Assembly (NCBI RefSeq): GCF_000016745.1
Contig: NC_009483.1
Span: 1,980,001 to 2,012,000 of the forward strand
Direction of reading: 5' to 3'
DNA length: 32,000 nt
Source: Geotalea uraniireducens Rf4
GTDB taxonomy: Bacteria > Desulfobacterota > Desulfuromonadia > Geobacterales > Geobacteraceae
Shown here: positions 9,114 to 22,000 of the stretch, one piece after another
Layout: every line of letters begins with the position of its first letter
Numbering within the stretch: the first letter of the stretch is position 1
Translations under genes and position numbers: made by a program
The notes under the pieces: model-generated
What the model saw: the letters and a program-made list of their open reading frames with translations, nothing else
The model's database searches: none
What the model was told of the DNA's origin: nothing

Positions 9114-9142
9114 TTGACAAGGTGACCGGCCGTACCTATGAT
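9114..9142 (+). promoter_or_regulatory. Candidate sigma70 promoter in the AT-rich spacer upstream of the spoIID-like gene
   Basis: TTGACA (9114-9119), a 17-nt spacer, then TATGAT (9137-9142). A 15-nt perfect palindrome TCTCATT-A-AATGAGA follows at 9173-9187. Confidence 0.4.
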
Positions 9143-9314
9143 AACCTATCAGTTAATAGTGAAAGTTACATTTCTCATTAAATGAGATAAGCAATTCGCT
9201 TGCCAATGATAGGGTTAAAAGCCTTTTGTTGGGCATATAAAATTATTGACTTTGCCCCGTGTTCTATGATTTTATCGTCAAGTTTTGATGGCTTGTATAA
9301 AGGTAGAGTATTAA

Positions 9315-10424
9315 TTGAAATTGCTTAGCGCCATAGTGTTATTGTGCATCCTAATCCCTGCTAGCGTGTTCGGTCTCGACATGCAGCCGGAGACGATAAG
9401 GGTGGCCGTGCTGAAGGGGGCGGAAAGCATAACACTGGAAGGTAACGGGCTGCTTTTGACGGACGGTAACGGTGAGCCGCTCAGATTTAGCTTTCCCCTG
9501 CAAATTAAAAAAAATAAAGACGGGTTGCTGGTCAATAACAGGAAAGTTCGTAGCCTGCGGGCAACGGCTCCAGCTTTCCTCCTCATCAACGGCAAGAGTT
9601 ATCGGGGCATAATAGAAGTTATGCCTGCTGACAAAGGCGTATTGGTTGTCGATGAACTTCCCCTTGAAGATTATCTGGTAGGTCTGATTAATTGTGAAAT
9701 ATCTTCCCAGTGGCCAATCGAGGCGGTAAAGGCCCAGGCTATAATTGCCAGGTCCTATGCCGTTTATCAGAAAGCAGCTCGGAAAAATGCCTTGTATCAC
9801 CTGGAGTCAAGTGTCATGGACCAGGTTTACGAGGGGTGCGACATGGAGGACAGCCGCGCAATCAGAGGGGTCAAGGAAACTGCCGGAGAAGTGCTTGTAT
9901 ACAATGGCGCCGTCATCCAGGCGTTCTATCACTCCAATTGCGGTGGTCATACGGAAGCGTCGGAAAATGTCTGGGGATTTGCTTTGCCTTACCTCTCCGG
10001 TGTTGACTGTAAATATTGCCTTACCTCACCTTCCGTCAAGTGGGAGCAGTCAATTTCACTGAAAAAACTCGAGTCGCAGCTGAGGAGCAGTGGTTATCCA
10101 GTTTCAGGCTTGAAGGATATCAAGCCGGGCAGCAGGAACAAAAGCGGCCGCTTGCAGGACCTGACGCTTGTCTCTGCAAAAGGGCGTAGCGTCATCAGCG
10201 CTGTGAACTTCCGCAAGACAATCGGCTATAGTGTCATCAAGAGCACAAATTTCGATGTGCGGATTTCCGGCGATGATGCACTGTTTTCTGGGGTAGGGTT
10301 CGGTCATGGCGTAGGTCTTTGTCAGTGGGGAGCAAAACAGCGGGCCAGCGACGGTTTTGATTATCGGGAGATACTTTTCTATTACTATCCAGGCACCAGG
10401 CTGGAAAAGATATCAACTGATTAG
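9315..10424 (+). CDS. SpoIID/LytB-domain protein (secreted; peptidoglycan-lytic or amidase-enhancer family)
   Basis: 369 aa with a TTG start and signal peptide [20 protein letters not shown]. Family-typical motifs are [10 protein letters not shown]...[10 protein letters not shown]...[11 protein letters not shown]...[11 protein letters not shown]. Confidence 0.85.
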   Translation: MKLLSAIVLLCILIPASVFGLDMQPETIRVAVLKGAESITLEGNGLLLTDGNGEPLRFSFPLQIKKNKDGLLVNNRKVRSLRATAPAFLLINGKSYRGIIEVMPADKGVLVVDELPLEDYLVGLINCEISSQWPIEAVKAQAIIARSYAVYQKAARKNALYHLESSVMDQVYEGCDMEDSRAIRGVKETAGEVLVYNGAVIQAFYHSNCGGHTEASENVWGFALPYLSGVDCKYCLTSPSVKWEQSISLKKLESQLRSSGYPVSGLKDIKPGSRNKSGRLQDLTLVSAKGRSVISAVNFRKTIGYSVIKSTNFDVRISGDDALFSGVGFGHGVGLCQWGAKQRASDGFDYREILFYYYPGTRLEKISTD

Positions 10425-10426
10425 GC

Positions 10427-12582
<2,156 letters not shown>

Positions 12583-12660
12583 GGGCGGTCCTTTATGGCC
12601 GCCCTGATTTCGGGCACCCACGTGGGTGCCTCTACAAATACTGTTTTTGGAGGTTGCAAA

Positions 12661-12981
12661 ATGTTAGGTTTGGCTTTCGCAATGGGTACACCTGCCGGGG
12701 GACAGGCTGCCGGTGGGCAGTCCGCTTTGATGAACCTGGTGCCGCTGGTCTTCATGTTCGCCATTTTTTATTTTCTCCTGATCCGTCCCCAGCAGAAAAA
12801 GGCCAAGGAGCATCGGGCACTGCTCGATACTCTGAAAAAAGGGGACATGGTCGTAACCGCCGGCGGTATGCACGGCAAGGTGACGTCTATTGATGAAAAT
12901 GTTGTTACCTTGGAGGTGGCGCCCGGGGTAAATATTAAAATCAATAAAGGATTTATTGCCAACCTGATGAAAAAAGATTAA
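12661..12981 (+). CDS. yajC: Preprotein translocase subunit YajC
   Basis: ORF 12595..12981. I prefer the ATG at 12661, preceded by GGAGG. It gives 106 aa with LVPLVFMFAIFYFLLIRPQQKKAKEH...GDMVVTAGGMHGKV. Confidence 0.9.
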   Translation: MLGLAFAMGTPAGGQAAGGQSALMNLVPLVFMFAIFYFLLIRPQQKKAKEHRALLDTLKKGDMVVTAGGMHGKVTSIDENVVTLEVAPGVNIKINKGFIANLMKKD

Positions 12982-13012
12982 GAGTTAATAATTAGCGAAA
13001 GGAGCTTCTTCC

Positions 13013-14614
13013 ATGACCAAGGGGTTTACCTGGCGTATCAGCCTGATTGTAGCGTTCCTTTTCATTTCATTCCTGTACTTGACACCGACCCTGGTTTCCC
13101 CGCTTCCTTCCTGGTGGAAAGGCTTTCTTCCCAAGGATAAGATCCATTTAGGGCTTGATTTACAGGGCGGCACCCATCTCGTTATGGAAGTCGAGACCCA
13201 GAAGGCGGTTGAAGGTTCGCTGGATCTGATCTCCACCGATCTGGAAGATACCCTCAATGCCCAGAATATCCGCTTCAAACGCGTCGCCAAGGTCGGCGGA
13301 GATCGCGTTCAGCTGGTGCTGTACGACAGGGGTTCGGCCGACAATGTCCAGAAGCTGGTGAAGAAAAAGTACCCGGACCTGGAACTGCTGCCGCTTTTCG
13401 ATGAAGGTGGCTTCGTCAACATGCAGCTCCGAATCAACGAGAAAGAGGCACAGGTCAGGAAAGACAAGGCCGTCCAGCAGGCTCTGGAAACCATCCGCAA
13501 CAGGATCGACCAGTTCGGCGTTTCTGAGCCGATTATTCAGCGGGAAGGGATCAGCCACATTGTCGTGCAGCTCCCCGGCATTAAGGACCCGAAACGTGCC
13601 ATTGAGTTGATCGGGAAAACTGCCAGGCTTGAATTCAAACTGGTGGACGAGAATGTGAATGCTGTAACAGCCACTCCGTCATCTATCCCCGAAGACGACG
13701 AAATTCTTGTGGAAAAGAAGACAGATCCGGCTACCGGCGCAGTTTCAGAGACCCCTCTTGTTGTAAAAAGAAAGGCGATGATAACCGGCGACCTCCTGAC
13801 CGATGCCCAGGTACGCATCGATTCACAGTACAATCAGCCGTATGTCGCCATTGAGTTCAATTCCACCGGTGCCAGGCTGTTTGACCAGGTAACGGCTGCC
13901 AATGTGGGCAAACGGTTTGCCATCGTTTTGGACAACAACATCTATTCGGCGCCGGTGATTCGCGAGCGGATCTCGGGTGGCAGTGCACAGATATCCGGTT
14001 CGTTCACCGAGAAGGAGGCGTCCGACCTGGGCATCGTACTGCGCGCCGGCTCCCTTCCCGCGCCGGTGAAGATAATCCAGAACGTTACCGTCGGTCCTTC
14101 CCTCGGCCAGGATTCCATCAACAAAGGGCTCATAGCCGGCCTGATCGGGGTTGCCCTGGTGGTCGTCTTTATGACTATCTACTACAAACTGTCCGGTCTG
14201 GTCGCCAATTTCGGCATGGTGCTCAACATCATTTTCCTCATGGGTTCGCTTTCGGCCCTGGGGGCTACGCTGACCCTTCCCGGCATTGCAGCTATCGTCC
14301 TTCTGATCGGCATGTCGGTTGACTCCAACGTTCTCATCTTTGAGCGAATCAGGGAGGAACTTCGGCTTGGCAAGACGCCGATGGCTTCCATCGACGCAGG
14401 ATACGACAAGGCGTTCCTTACCATTATGGACTCCCATGTGACCACGCTGATAACAGCTGCGGTGCTTTTCCAGTTCGGTACTGGTCCTGTAAAGGGTTTT
14501 GCCGTATCGTTGAGTCTTGGTATCATCATCAATCTATTCACCTCGCTTCTGGCTACCAGGGTGGTGTTCGACCTGTTCCTCGATCGCGTCAGGGTGAAGA
14601 GACTGAGTATATAA
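13013..14614 (+). CDS. secD: Protein translocase subunit SecD
   Basis: 533 aa. N-terminal TM, a large periplasmic domain (LGLDLQGGTHLVMEV) and a C-terminal six-TM RND-like block. Confidence 0.95.
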   Translation: MTKGFTWRISLIVAFLFISFLYLTPTLVSPLPSWWKGFLPKDKIHLGLDLQGGTHLVMEVETQKAVEGSLDLISTDLEDTLNAQNIRFKRVAKVGGDRVQLVLYDRGSADNVQKLVKKKYPDLELLPLFDEGGFVNMQLRINEKEAQVRKDKAVQQALETIRNRIDQFGVSEPIIQREGISHIVVQLPGIKDPKRAIELIGKTARLEFKLVDENVNAVTATPSSIPEDDEILVEKKTDPATGAVSETPLVVKRKAMITGDLLTDAQVRIDSQYNQPYVAIEFNSTGARLFDQVTAANVGKRFAIVLDNNIYSAPVIRERISGGSAQISGSFTEKEASDLGIVLRAGSLPAPVKIIQNVTVGPSLGQDSINKGLIAGLIGVALVVVFMTIYYKLSGLVANFGMVLNIIFLMGSLSALGATLTLPGIAAIVLLIGMSVDSNVLIFERIREELRLGKTPMASIDAGYDKAFLTIMDSHVTTLITAAVLFQFGTGPVKGFAVSLSLGIIINLFTSLLATRVVFDLFLDRVRVKRLSI

Positions 14615-14626
14615 AGGGGGGAACCA

Positions 14627-15535
14627 ATGGAACTGATCAGCAAAACCAAAATAGATTTCATCGGTATGAGAAAAATATCGTTTGCCGTTTCCGCCATTAT
14701 CTCAATCATCGGCATTATCGGCATCATCCAGATAGCCAGGGGCGCTGCCAACATGGGGATCGATTTCTCCGGCGGCACCGCCATGCAGCTTAAATTCACC
14801 GCGCCGATAACCACCGAAGAAGCGCGAAGAAGCCTGGCCAAAAACGGGGTTAAAGATGTGGACATGCAGGAGATCAAGGAAGGAAACAAGCTCCTGATCA
14901 AAATGCGTAAAACCACTCTGGCAACCGGCAAAGTTGCCGATAGTGTCCAGGATATCCTGAAAAAAGAGTTTCCGGCCAATCCCTATACCGTCGAAAGCTC
15001 GACGGAGATCGGTCCGTCAATCGGCGATAAGCTGCGCAAGGATACACTCATCGCCGTGGCCATTTCCATGCTGGGGATCATCCTCTATATAGCCTGGCGG
15101 TTTGACTTCAAATTTGGCGTCGGCGCCGTCGTCGCCACTATGCATGACGTGCTGGCAATCTTTGCCGTCTTCTTCGTGCTGAACAAGGAAGTGAATCTGC
15201 TCCTGATCACAGCAGTCCTGACCATTGCCGGTTATTCCCTTACCGATACCGTTGTGGTGTTTGACAGGATCAGGGAGAACCTGCACAAGAACATGAAGGA
15301 ATCTATGCCCACCGTATTCAACAAGAGCATCAACGAGGTTCTCTCCCGTACCATCATCACTTCGCTGACAACGTTTCTGGCCGCCACCTCCCTGTTCCTG
15401 TTCGGTGGCGATGTGATTCATGACTTTGCTTTTGCCCTGGTGGTCGGGGTAGTTGTCGGCACCTACTCATCGATCTTTGTCGCCAGCCCGATTGTTGCAC
15501 TCTGGGAGAAGGCGCCCGGCCAAATCAAAGCTTAA
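14627..15535 (+). CDS. secF: Protein translocase subunit SecF
   Basis: 302 aa. GIDFSGGT, AGYSLTDTVVVFDRIREN. It immediately follows secD. Confidence 0.95.
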   Translation: MELISKTKIDFIGMRKISFAVSAIISIIGIIGIIQIARGAANMGIDFSGGTAMQLKFTAPITTEEARRSLAKNGVKDVDMQEIKEGNKLLIKMRKTTLATGKVADSVQDILKKEFPANPYTVESSTEIGPSIGDKLRKDTLIAVAISMLGIILYIAWRFDFKFGVGAVVATMHDVLAIFAVFFVLNKEVNLLLITAVLTIAGYSLTDTVVVFDRIRENLHKNMKESMPTVFNKSINEVLSRTIITSLTTFLAATSLFLFGGDVIHDFAFALVVGVVVGTYSSIFVASPIVALWEKAPGQIKA

Positions 15536-15546
15536 GGAGGCTGCAC

Positions 15547-16110
15547 GTGAAAAAGGAAAGCATTCTTGGAGTAGTAGTCGCGCTGATTGTCGGCCTTTTG
15601 GGCGGCTACCTGATTTTCAGCGTCAGTGCAAAAAAGGAAACAGTTCCGGTCAGCGGAAGCCTGCCCCAAGGGACCGGGTCGCCGACCGATTATCAGCAGC
15701 GTATAGCCGAAGAGGAAAAAATTGTCGCCGGTGATCCGAAAAATCTCCAGGCATGGATTCAACTGGGGAACGATTATTTTGATACAGACCAATCAAAAAA
15801 AGCCGTAGATGCCTACTCCAAAGCGCTGGAGCTTGACCCCAACAACACTAACGTCTTGACCGATCAGGGTATCATGTACAGGAAAATCGGTTGGTTCGAC
15901 AAGGCGATTGCAAATTTCGAGAAGGCGCAGCAGATTGATCCGAAACATTTGCAGAGCCTTTACAACCTGGGTGTTATTTATGCCACCGACCTGAAACAGC
16001 CGGACAAGGCGTTGAAAGCCTGGAGCCGTTACCTTGAGCTTGACCCCACAAGTCCTACCGCACAGCAGATAAAGATGCAGATGGATCAGCTTAAAGCCAG
16101 TTCCAAGTAA
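15547..16110 (+). CDS. Membrane-anchored TPR-repeat protein
   Basis: 187 aa with a GTG start after AAGGAGG and an N-terminal TM (ILGVVVALIVGLLGGYLIF). About three TPR units follow (AWIQLGNDYF..., VLTDQGIMYRKIG..., LYNLGVIYA...). Confidence 0.75.
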   Translation: MKKESILGVVVALIVGLLGGYLIFSVSAKKETVPVSGSLPQGTGSPTDYQQRIAEEEKIVAGDPKNLQAWIQLGNDYFDTDQSKKAVDAYSKALELDPNNTNVLTDQGIMYRKIGWFDKAIANFEKAQQIDPKHLQSLYNLGVIYATDLKQPDKALKAWSRYLELDPTSPTAQQIKMQMDQLKASSK

Positions 16111-16127
16111 TTCGACTGATTGCTTGA

Positions 16128-16156
16128 AAAAACCCCGCTTAGGCGGGGTTTTTTTG
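16128..16156 (+). terminator. Intrinsic terminator after the queA-to-TPR gene string
   Basis: AACCCCGC-TTAG-GCGGGGTT followed by TTTTT (stem 16131-16138 / 16143-16150). It lies inside the 5' extension of the recJ ORF in the track, which argues for the later recJ start. Confidence 0.85.
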
Positions 16157-16225
16157 TGTTCAAGGCCCAACGTTCAGCGTAATAGCATTTTCAACAACGT
16201 GGAACCGATTTTCAAAGGAGTACGG

Positions 16226-17947
16226 ATGCAGCCGGTACATGAAAAACGCTGGAAAGTCAGGGATTGCGATCCGGTTGATGTCGAGCGGCTGGTTAAGGGC
16301 GGGGTGGCATCCCCACTGCTTGCCCGGTTGCTCGTCAACCGCGCCGTCATTGAACCCGCCGCTGCTTCCCGCTTTCTTACTTCGAGCCTTGCCCAGTTCC
16401 ATGATCCGTTTTTGCTGCTCGGCATGGAGCGGGCGGTGGATAGACTCGCAGCAGCCGTGAAAAAAGGGGAAAAGGTCTGCGTACACGGCGATTATGACGT
16501 TGACGGAATTACTTCGGTGGCGTTACTCCTTTCGTTTTTTCGCAGCATCGGTCTCGATGCCATTTATTACATCCCCGACCGACTGGTTGACGGTTACGGC
16601 CTTTCCGCCGATGGCGTTGCGCGGGCTGCCACCCTTGGTGCACAGGTCATGGTGACCGTCGACTGCGGTATTACCGCAGTGGCCGAGGCAACGCTCTGCA
16701 GTGCGGCGGGTATCGATCTGATCGTCACCGACCATCATATGCCTGGAGATTCCCTGCCCGAAGCCTATGCCGTCATTAATCCGCTTCAGCCCGGTTGTAC
16801 CTTTCCGTTCAAATCCCTTGCCGGAGTCGGTGTGGCTTTCAATCTGATGATTGCCTTGCGCAGCAGGCTCAGGGAGGAGGGGTTTTTTGCCGGCAAGGAA
16901 GAGCCGAATCTGCGGGAATATCTCGATCTGGTCGCCCTGGGGACTGTAGCCGATGTTGTGCCGCTGACCGATGAAAACCGGATTCTGGTGAAACACGGTC
17001 TCCGGGAGCTGACCAATTCACAGCGCCCGGGGGTGCAGGCTCTCAAGGATGTGGCGGGGGTAAACGGCGATGTGGGTTGCGGCGCGGTAGGCTTTCGCCT
17101 GGCGCCGAGGCTTAACGCGGCTGGACGGCTGGAGAACGCGGCTATGGGAGTCGAGCTTCTGCTCTGCGGTGATAGAAAAAAGGCAGAGCCGCTGGCAGCG
17201 GCCCTCGACGCCAGCAACGCCGAGCGTCAGGCGGTGGAGCGGGAAATTTTGAACGATGCCCTGGCAATGGTCAAGGAAACTCCAGCACTTCGCAACAGGA
17301 AAAGCATCGTTCTTGCCTCCGAGGCATGGCATCCCGGGGTGATCGGTATTGTCGCCTCCCGACTGGTTGACATGTTTCATCGTCCCACTATTCTTATTGC
17401 TTTAAAGGACGGCAACGGAAAAGGCTCCGGCCGCAGCATTGCAAACTTTCACCTGCATGACGCCCTCAATGTCTGCTTCGATCACCTGATCAAGTTCGGT
17501 GGGCATAAGCATGCCGCAGGTCTGAGCATTGCCGAGGAGACCCTTGAAGCATTCGTGGCAAGATTCGACGAGGTTGCCGCTGGTCTGCTCACTGCCGAGG
17601 ACCTTACCCCGTTACTGTTGATTGATGGGGAACTGGAAGCGTCAGAGATCACCAGCGAACTGGTGGATGGGCTGGAGACGATGAAGCCCTTTGGCATGGG
17701 CAATCCGGAGCCGGTTTTCCTGTTGCGGGACGCAGAGGTGAGCGACTGCCGAACTCTCAAGGAAACACACCTGAAGATGCGTCTTAATGCCGGCTGTCGA
17801 AGTTTCGATGCCATCGGTTTTTCTCTGGCGGGGAGGGCAGCGCAAGGAGACCGGCTTGATGTTGTCTTTACGCCTGCTATAAATGTCTGGAATGGAAGAA
17901 GCTCACTCCAGTTGACCATAAAAGATCTGCGCAAGGCAGGAGTGTAA
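16226..17947 (+). CDS. recJ: Single-stranded-DNA-specific exonuclease RecJ
   Basis: ORF 16124..17947. I prefer the ATG at 16226, after AAAGGAG. DHH motifs are VHGDYDVDGITS, TVDCGI and IVTDHH; the DHHA1 motif is GGHKHAAG. Confidence 0.93.
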   Translation: MQPVHEKRWKVRDCDPVDVERLVKGGVASPLLARLLVNRAVIEPAAASRFLTSSLAQFHDPFLLLGMERAVDRLAAAVKKGEKVCVHGDYDVDGITSVALLLSFFRSIGLDAIYYIPDRLVDGYGLSADGVARAATLGAQVMVTVDCGITAVAEATLCSAAGIDLIVTDHHMPGDSLPEAYAVINPLQPGCTFPFKSLAGVGVAFNLMIALRSRLREEGFFAGKEEPNLREYLDLVALGTVADVVPLTDENRILVKHGLRELTNSQRPGVQALKDVAGVNGDVGCGAVGFRLAPRLNAAGRLENAAMGVELLLCGDRKKAEPLAAALDASNAERQAVEREILNDALAMVKETPALRNRKSIVLASEAWHPGVIGIVASRLVDMFHRPTILIALKDGNGKGSGRSIANFHLHDALNVCFDHLIKFGGHKHAAGLSIAEETLEAFVARFDEVAAGLLTAEDLTPLLLIDGELEASEITSELVDGLETMKPFGMGNPEPVFLLRDAEVSDCRTLKETHLKMRLNAGCRSFDAIGFSLAGRAAQGDRLDVVFTPAINVWNGRSSLQLTIKDLRKAGV

Positions 17948-17949
17948 TC

Positions 17950-18849
17950 GTGCAAAGGACAGAGCGTTTTAATCGGGCCGACCGGGTAATCAAGATAGGG
18001 TTCTGGATCAATGGCTTATTGATGGTCATGAAGCTTCTGGCCGGTCATTTCGGCAATTCCGAGGCCGTCTTTGCCGACGGGGTGGAGAGCGCTTGCGATT
18101 TCGTTGCCATACTTTCGACCATCATCGCCCTCAATATCGGGCGTAAGCCGTTTGACGAAAAGCATCCCTATGGTCATGGCAAGGCAGAAAGCCTCTCCGC
18201 CATTCTCGTCTCGCTGGTCATTTTTTCAACCGGCGCAGGGATATTGTACAAGGCAGTGAAAACCATCATGGCCGGGGCCTATGAAGAACCCCAGCTGATC
18301 GCTGTTCTGGCGGCATTTGCGACTATTTTTATCAAGGAGTGGCTTTGCCGTTTTTCGCTCAAGGTGGGGGGGAGTCTCGGCAGCCCGGCTGTAATGGCCA
18401 TCGCCAAGGATCACCGCAAGGATGCCGTTACCTCGGTCGCCACCCTCATTGGCGTAACCGGCGCCTTTTTCGGCGTAAAGATCATGGATCCGCTGGCAGC
18501 GGGGCTCACCGCCTTTTTTATCTTCCATATCGGTTATGAAACTTTCAGGAGCGCCGCCCATGACCTGATGGACGGCCAACCCCCCCAGGAACTGTTGAAC
18601 TCCATAAGCATGCTGGCGGAAGGTGTCGACGGCGTGGAGCACGTCCACGAAATCAAGGGGCGCCGGTCCGGCCAGTACATGATCGTCGATCTGAAGCTGG
18701 ATATGGACCCGGAAATGACGGTCAAGCAGTCCCATGCCATTGCCACCGAGGTGAAGCGGCTCATTTTCGAGCGATTTCCCAACGTGGGGGACGTCATGAT
18801 CCACATCAACCCCCACGACGAGGAGCACGAGGATTTGATCCGGCTCTAG
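17950..18849 (+). CDS. Cation diffusion facilitator (CDF) family metal efflux transporter
   Basis: 299 aa with a GTG start 6 nt after AGGAG. Six TM segments, the HPYGHGKAE motif, and a C-terminal cytoplasmic domain (VHEIKGRRSGQYMIVDLKLD...). Confidence 0.85.
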   Translation: MQRTERFNRADRVIKIGFWINGLLMVMKLLAGHFGNSEAVFADGVESACDFVAILSTIIALNIGRKPFDEKHPYGHGKAESLSAILVSLVIFSTGAGILYKAVKTIMAGAYEEPQLIAVLAAFATIFIKEWLCRFSLKVGGSLGSPAVMAIAKDHRKDAVTSVATLIGVTGAFFGVKIMDPLAAGLTAFFIFHIGYETFRSAAHDLMDGQPPQELLNSISMLAEGVDGVEHVHEIKGRRSGQYMIVDLKLDMDPEMTVKQSHAIATEVKRLIFERFPNVGDVMIHINPHDEEHEDLIRL

Positions 18850-18888
18850 GCTCCTGGGGTGATTTCCGGTTTTGCCCCCCTTGACACA

Positions 18889-18926
18889 AGCCGCCGCTGC
18901 CCAAAACAGGCAGGGCGGTTTTTTTA
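18889..18926 (+). terminator. Intrinsic terminator after the CDF transporter gene
   Basis: GCCGCCGCTGCC-CAAAACA-GGCAGGGCGG followed by TTTTTTT. The stem is GC-rich and imperfect (one bulge). Confidence 0.7.
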
Positions 18927-19060
18927 TTGTCCCGTCCTCGCGGCAGCAGTAACAGCCGGATGTTCTTTTCGGTTGCGAAATACGGTGACGATGGGGTATT
19001 AAGGACGGGTAATTATGAACACATTGCGATGCCGTTATGCCGAGATAAGGATTCCTTAAA

Positions 19061-22000
19061 ATGAAACTACAGGTGCTTTCGCCAGCAAAATCCCTCAACA
19101 GGGCCTACCTCAAGCAGAGCCTCAAGCGGGACCAGATTGAGCTTTTTAAGGCTAATCTCTCCCGGCTCTTCGACAGAATCAACGAAAAAGAGTCGGAAGA
19201 AAATCTGAAAAACATCGTCTCCGACTTTCTCAAGGACACCTGGTACAAAAACGGCTATGAGGTTAACACCAAGGAGCGCGCCGACCTGGTCATTCACAAC
19301 GGCAAATCGGCTGCTGATACGGTGGGGGTCATCGTTGAGGTGAAACGTCCCGCCAACAGAAACGAGATGATCACCCCGGATCGCCCCAACACCAAGGCGC
19401 TGCATGAGCTGCTCCATTACTACATGCAGGAGCGTTTTATCAAGGACAACAAGGAGATCAGGCACCTCATTGTCTGCAACATCTTCGAGTGGTACATCTT
19501 CGATGCCGCCGACTTCGAGCGGTTTTTCTTCGGCAACGCAAAGCTTGTAAAGAGCTACAAGGACTGGAACGACGGGCTGCTGGTTGGGGCCAACACCGAC
19601 TGGTTCTATCAGGAAATCGCCAAGGATTTTATTGAAAAGAACCTCACCGAACTTCCCTGCACCTGCTTCGATCTGAAGGAGTTCGAGCGCATTGCCCGCA
19701 ATTCCGCCAAGACCGACGACAAAAAACTGATCAACCTCTACAAGATCCTTTCCCCGGCCCACCTGCTCAAGCAGCCCTTCGCCAACGACAGCAACTCGCT
19801 CAACAAGGAATTTTACGGCGAACTGCTCCATATCCTCGGCCTGGAAGAGGTCAGGGAGAAAGGGAAAAAACTCATCGGCCGCAAGCCTGTCGGGGCGCGT
19901 AACGACGAATCTCTCTTGGAAAATACCTTCAATCTCCTCAAATCCCGCCACCGGTTGAGCGCTATTGCCAATCCCGGGCAATTCGGCGTCAGCGAGGAAG
20001 AGCAGTACTTCAGCATCGCCCTGGAGTTGTGCATCACCTGGCTTAACCGCCTCTTGTTCCTCAAGCTCCTCGAAGGGCGGCTGATCGCCTATCACAAGGG
20101 AAACCGAGACCATGCCTTCCTCAACAGCAACCTGATCAGCGACTTCGACGAACTGAACGAGCTCTTCTTCGAGGTGCTGGCTGTCCGCATCGAAGAGCGT
20201 TCGGAATCGGTGCGGAAGAAATTCGGCAACATTCCCTACCTGAACAGTTCCCTCTTCGAGGAGAGCGACTTGGAAAGGACGACTATCCGCATCAATGAGC
20301 TGAAGAACCGGCTCGACCTTTCCATCTACTCCTCGACCGTCCTCAAGGACGGCAACGGCAGGCGGATCAGCGGCAGCAAGAGCACCCTCCACTACCTGTT
20401 CGAATTCCTCGACGCTTACGACTTCGCCACCGAGGGGAGCGCCGAGATCCAGGAGCAGAACAAGACCATCATTAACGCCTCGGTGCTGGGTCTGATCTTC
20501 GAGAAGATCAATGGATACAAGGACGGTTCCTTCTTCACCCCTGGTTTCATCACCATGTACATGTGCCGTGAAACCATCCGACGCGCCGTGCTGCAAAAGT
20601 TCAACGATAAATACGGCTGGACGTGCAAGGATTTTACAGAGTTGTACAACACCCTCGACAAGATTGGCACCAAAGAGGCCAACGAGGTTGTCAACAGCCT
20701 CAAGGTCTGCGACCCGGCCGTAGGAAGCGGTCACTTCCTCGTTTCTGCGCTGAATGAAATCATCTCCATCAAGTCTGACCTGGAAATCCTCGCCGATAAG
20801 GACGGCAAAAGGGTGCGCGGCAACGTCACCATAGAAAACGATGAGCTGATCATTACCCGCGACGACCAGATTTTCGCCTACGACTATATGGACGCTGAGT
20901 CCCAGCGGGTGCAGGAGACCCTCTTCCACGAAAAAGAGACCATCATCGAGAACTGTCTGTTCGGCGTGGACATCAACCCCAAGTCTGTCATGATCTGCCG
21001 CCTGCGGCTCTGGATCGAACTCTTGAAGAACGCCTATTACCGCCCCCCCTCTCCCCGACCCTCTCCCACCGGGGGAGAAGGGGTTATCCCCCCGCCCTTG
21101 ATGGGAGGGGGCAAGGGGGAGGGTGAAAAGCGGCAGTTGGAAACCCTCCCCAACATCGATATCAACATCAAGTGCGGCAACTCGCTGGTCAGCCGTTTCG
21201 CCCTTTCCGGCAATCCCAATATCCCACAAGTCAGCCGGAAGAAACTGAAAGAGCTGACCGACAAATACCGTGATCTGGTCTGGTCCTACAAGCAATCGCC
21301 CAGCAACAAGGTGCAACTGCGCAAGGCCATCGAAAACCTGAAGCACGATCTGGAGAGCTTCGCCCTCCCCAACGACAGGGACCTTGCGGCCCTGCGCAAA
21401 AAGGAAAACGAGCTGGCCCAGCTCGGATTTGCCTTTGACAAAAAAGGGACCGAGCAGCGACAAAAGCTCCTCTCCGAGGTAGGGGCGCTGAAAGAGCGCT
21501 TCGATGAAAAACAGCGCTCGGTCTACGCCAACGCCTTTGAATGGCGGCTGGAGTTTCCGGAGGTGTTGGATGCGGAAGGGGAGTTCGTCGGCTTCGATGC
21601 CATCATCGGCAACCCGCCCTATATCCGCCAGGAGGCGATCAAGGAGATGAAGCCGGCCCTGACTGAGATGTTCGGCAGTTTTTTCTGTGGCACGGCAGAT
21701 ATTTACACTTACTTCTACAAGACGGGCCTGGACGTGGCGAAGCCGGGTGCAACACTGTGTTACATCGCCCCTAACAAGTTCATGCGGGCCGGATACGGTA
21801 AAAACACACGCGAACTCCTGACCTCGCAAGCTAAGCCGCTCATGGTCCTAGATTTCGGTGATCTGCCTATTTTCGAGGAGGCTACTACATATCCGTCAAT
21901 TGTGATGGTGGAGAAGATGCAGGCCGTAGGGGCGAAGCAAGCTTCATCTGCTTCGCCCGCCTTTGGAGGCCGTGCCAGCAAGGGCGAAGCAGGTAAATCT

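Noticed and set aside
9246-9270. TTGACT ... TATGAT promoter just upstream of the spoIID-like gene
   Set aside because: The spacer is only 13 nt. The TTGACA-17-TATGAT site at 9114-9142 is the better candidate.
14182-14979. Minus-strand ORF of 265 aa spanning the secD/secF junction
   Set aside because: It is antisense to two strongly supported genes and crosses their intergenic spacer, with no recognisable domain.
18880-18960. A second GEMM-I riboswitch at the left copy of the 15-nt repeat
   Set aside because: On the minus strand only CCGCGAGGACGGGAC resembles the aptamer. There is no CAAACC, no GGGACGCAAAGCC-type junction, no P3 or 3' strand, and no downstream minus-strand gene. I treat it as a relic or coincidental match under the island-boundary finding.
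18226-19098. Minus-strand ORF of 290 aa overlapping the CDF gene, its terminator and the RM start
   Set aside because: It is antisense to the CDF transporter and runs through an intrinsic terminator and a promoter region. Its composition is that of a shadow ORF.
19067-21829. A 920-aa uninterrupted ORF on the minus strand, antisense to the RM gene
   Set aside because: It lies entirely within the 1299-aa plus-strand ORF, which carries clear nuclease, methyltransferase and TRD motifs. Its translation is low-complexity (rich in G, V, L, E and D) with no recognisable motif. It is the stop-free mirror frame that GC-biased codon usage typically produces.
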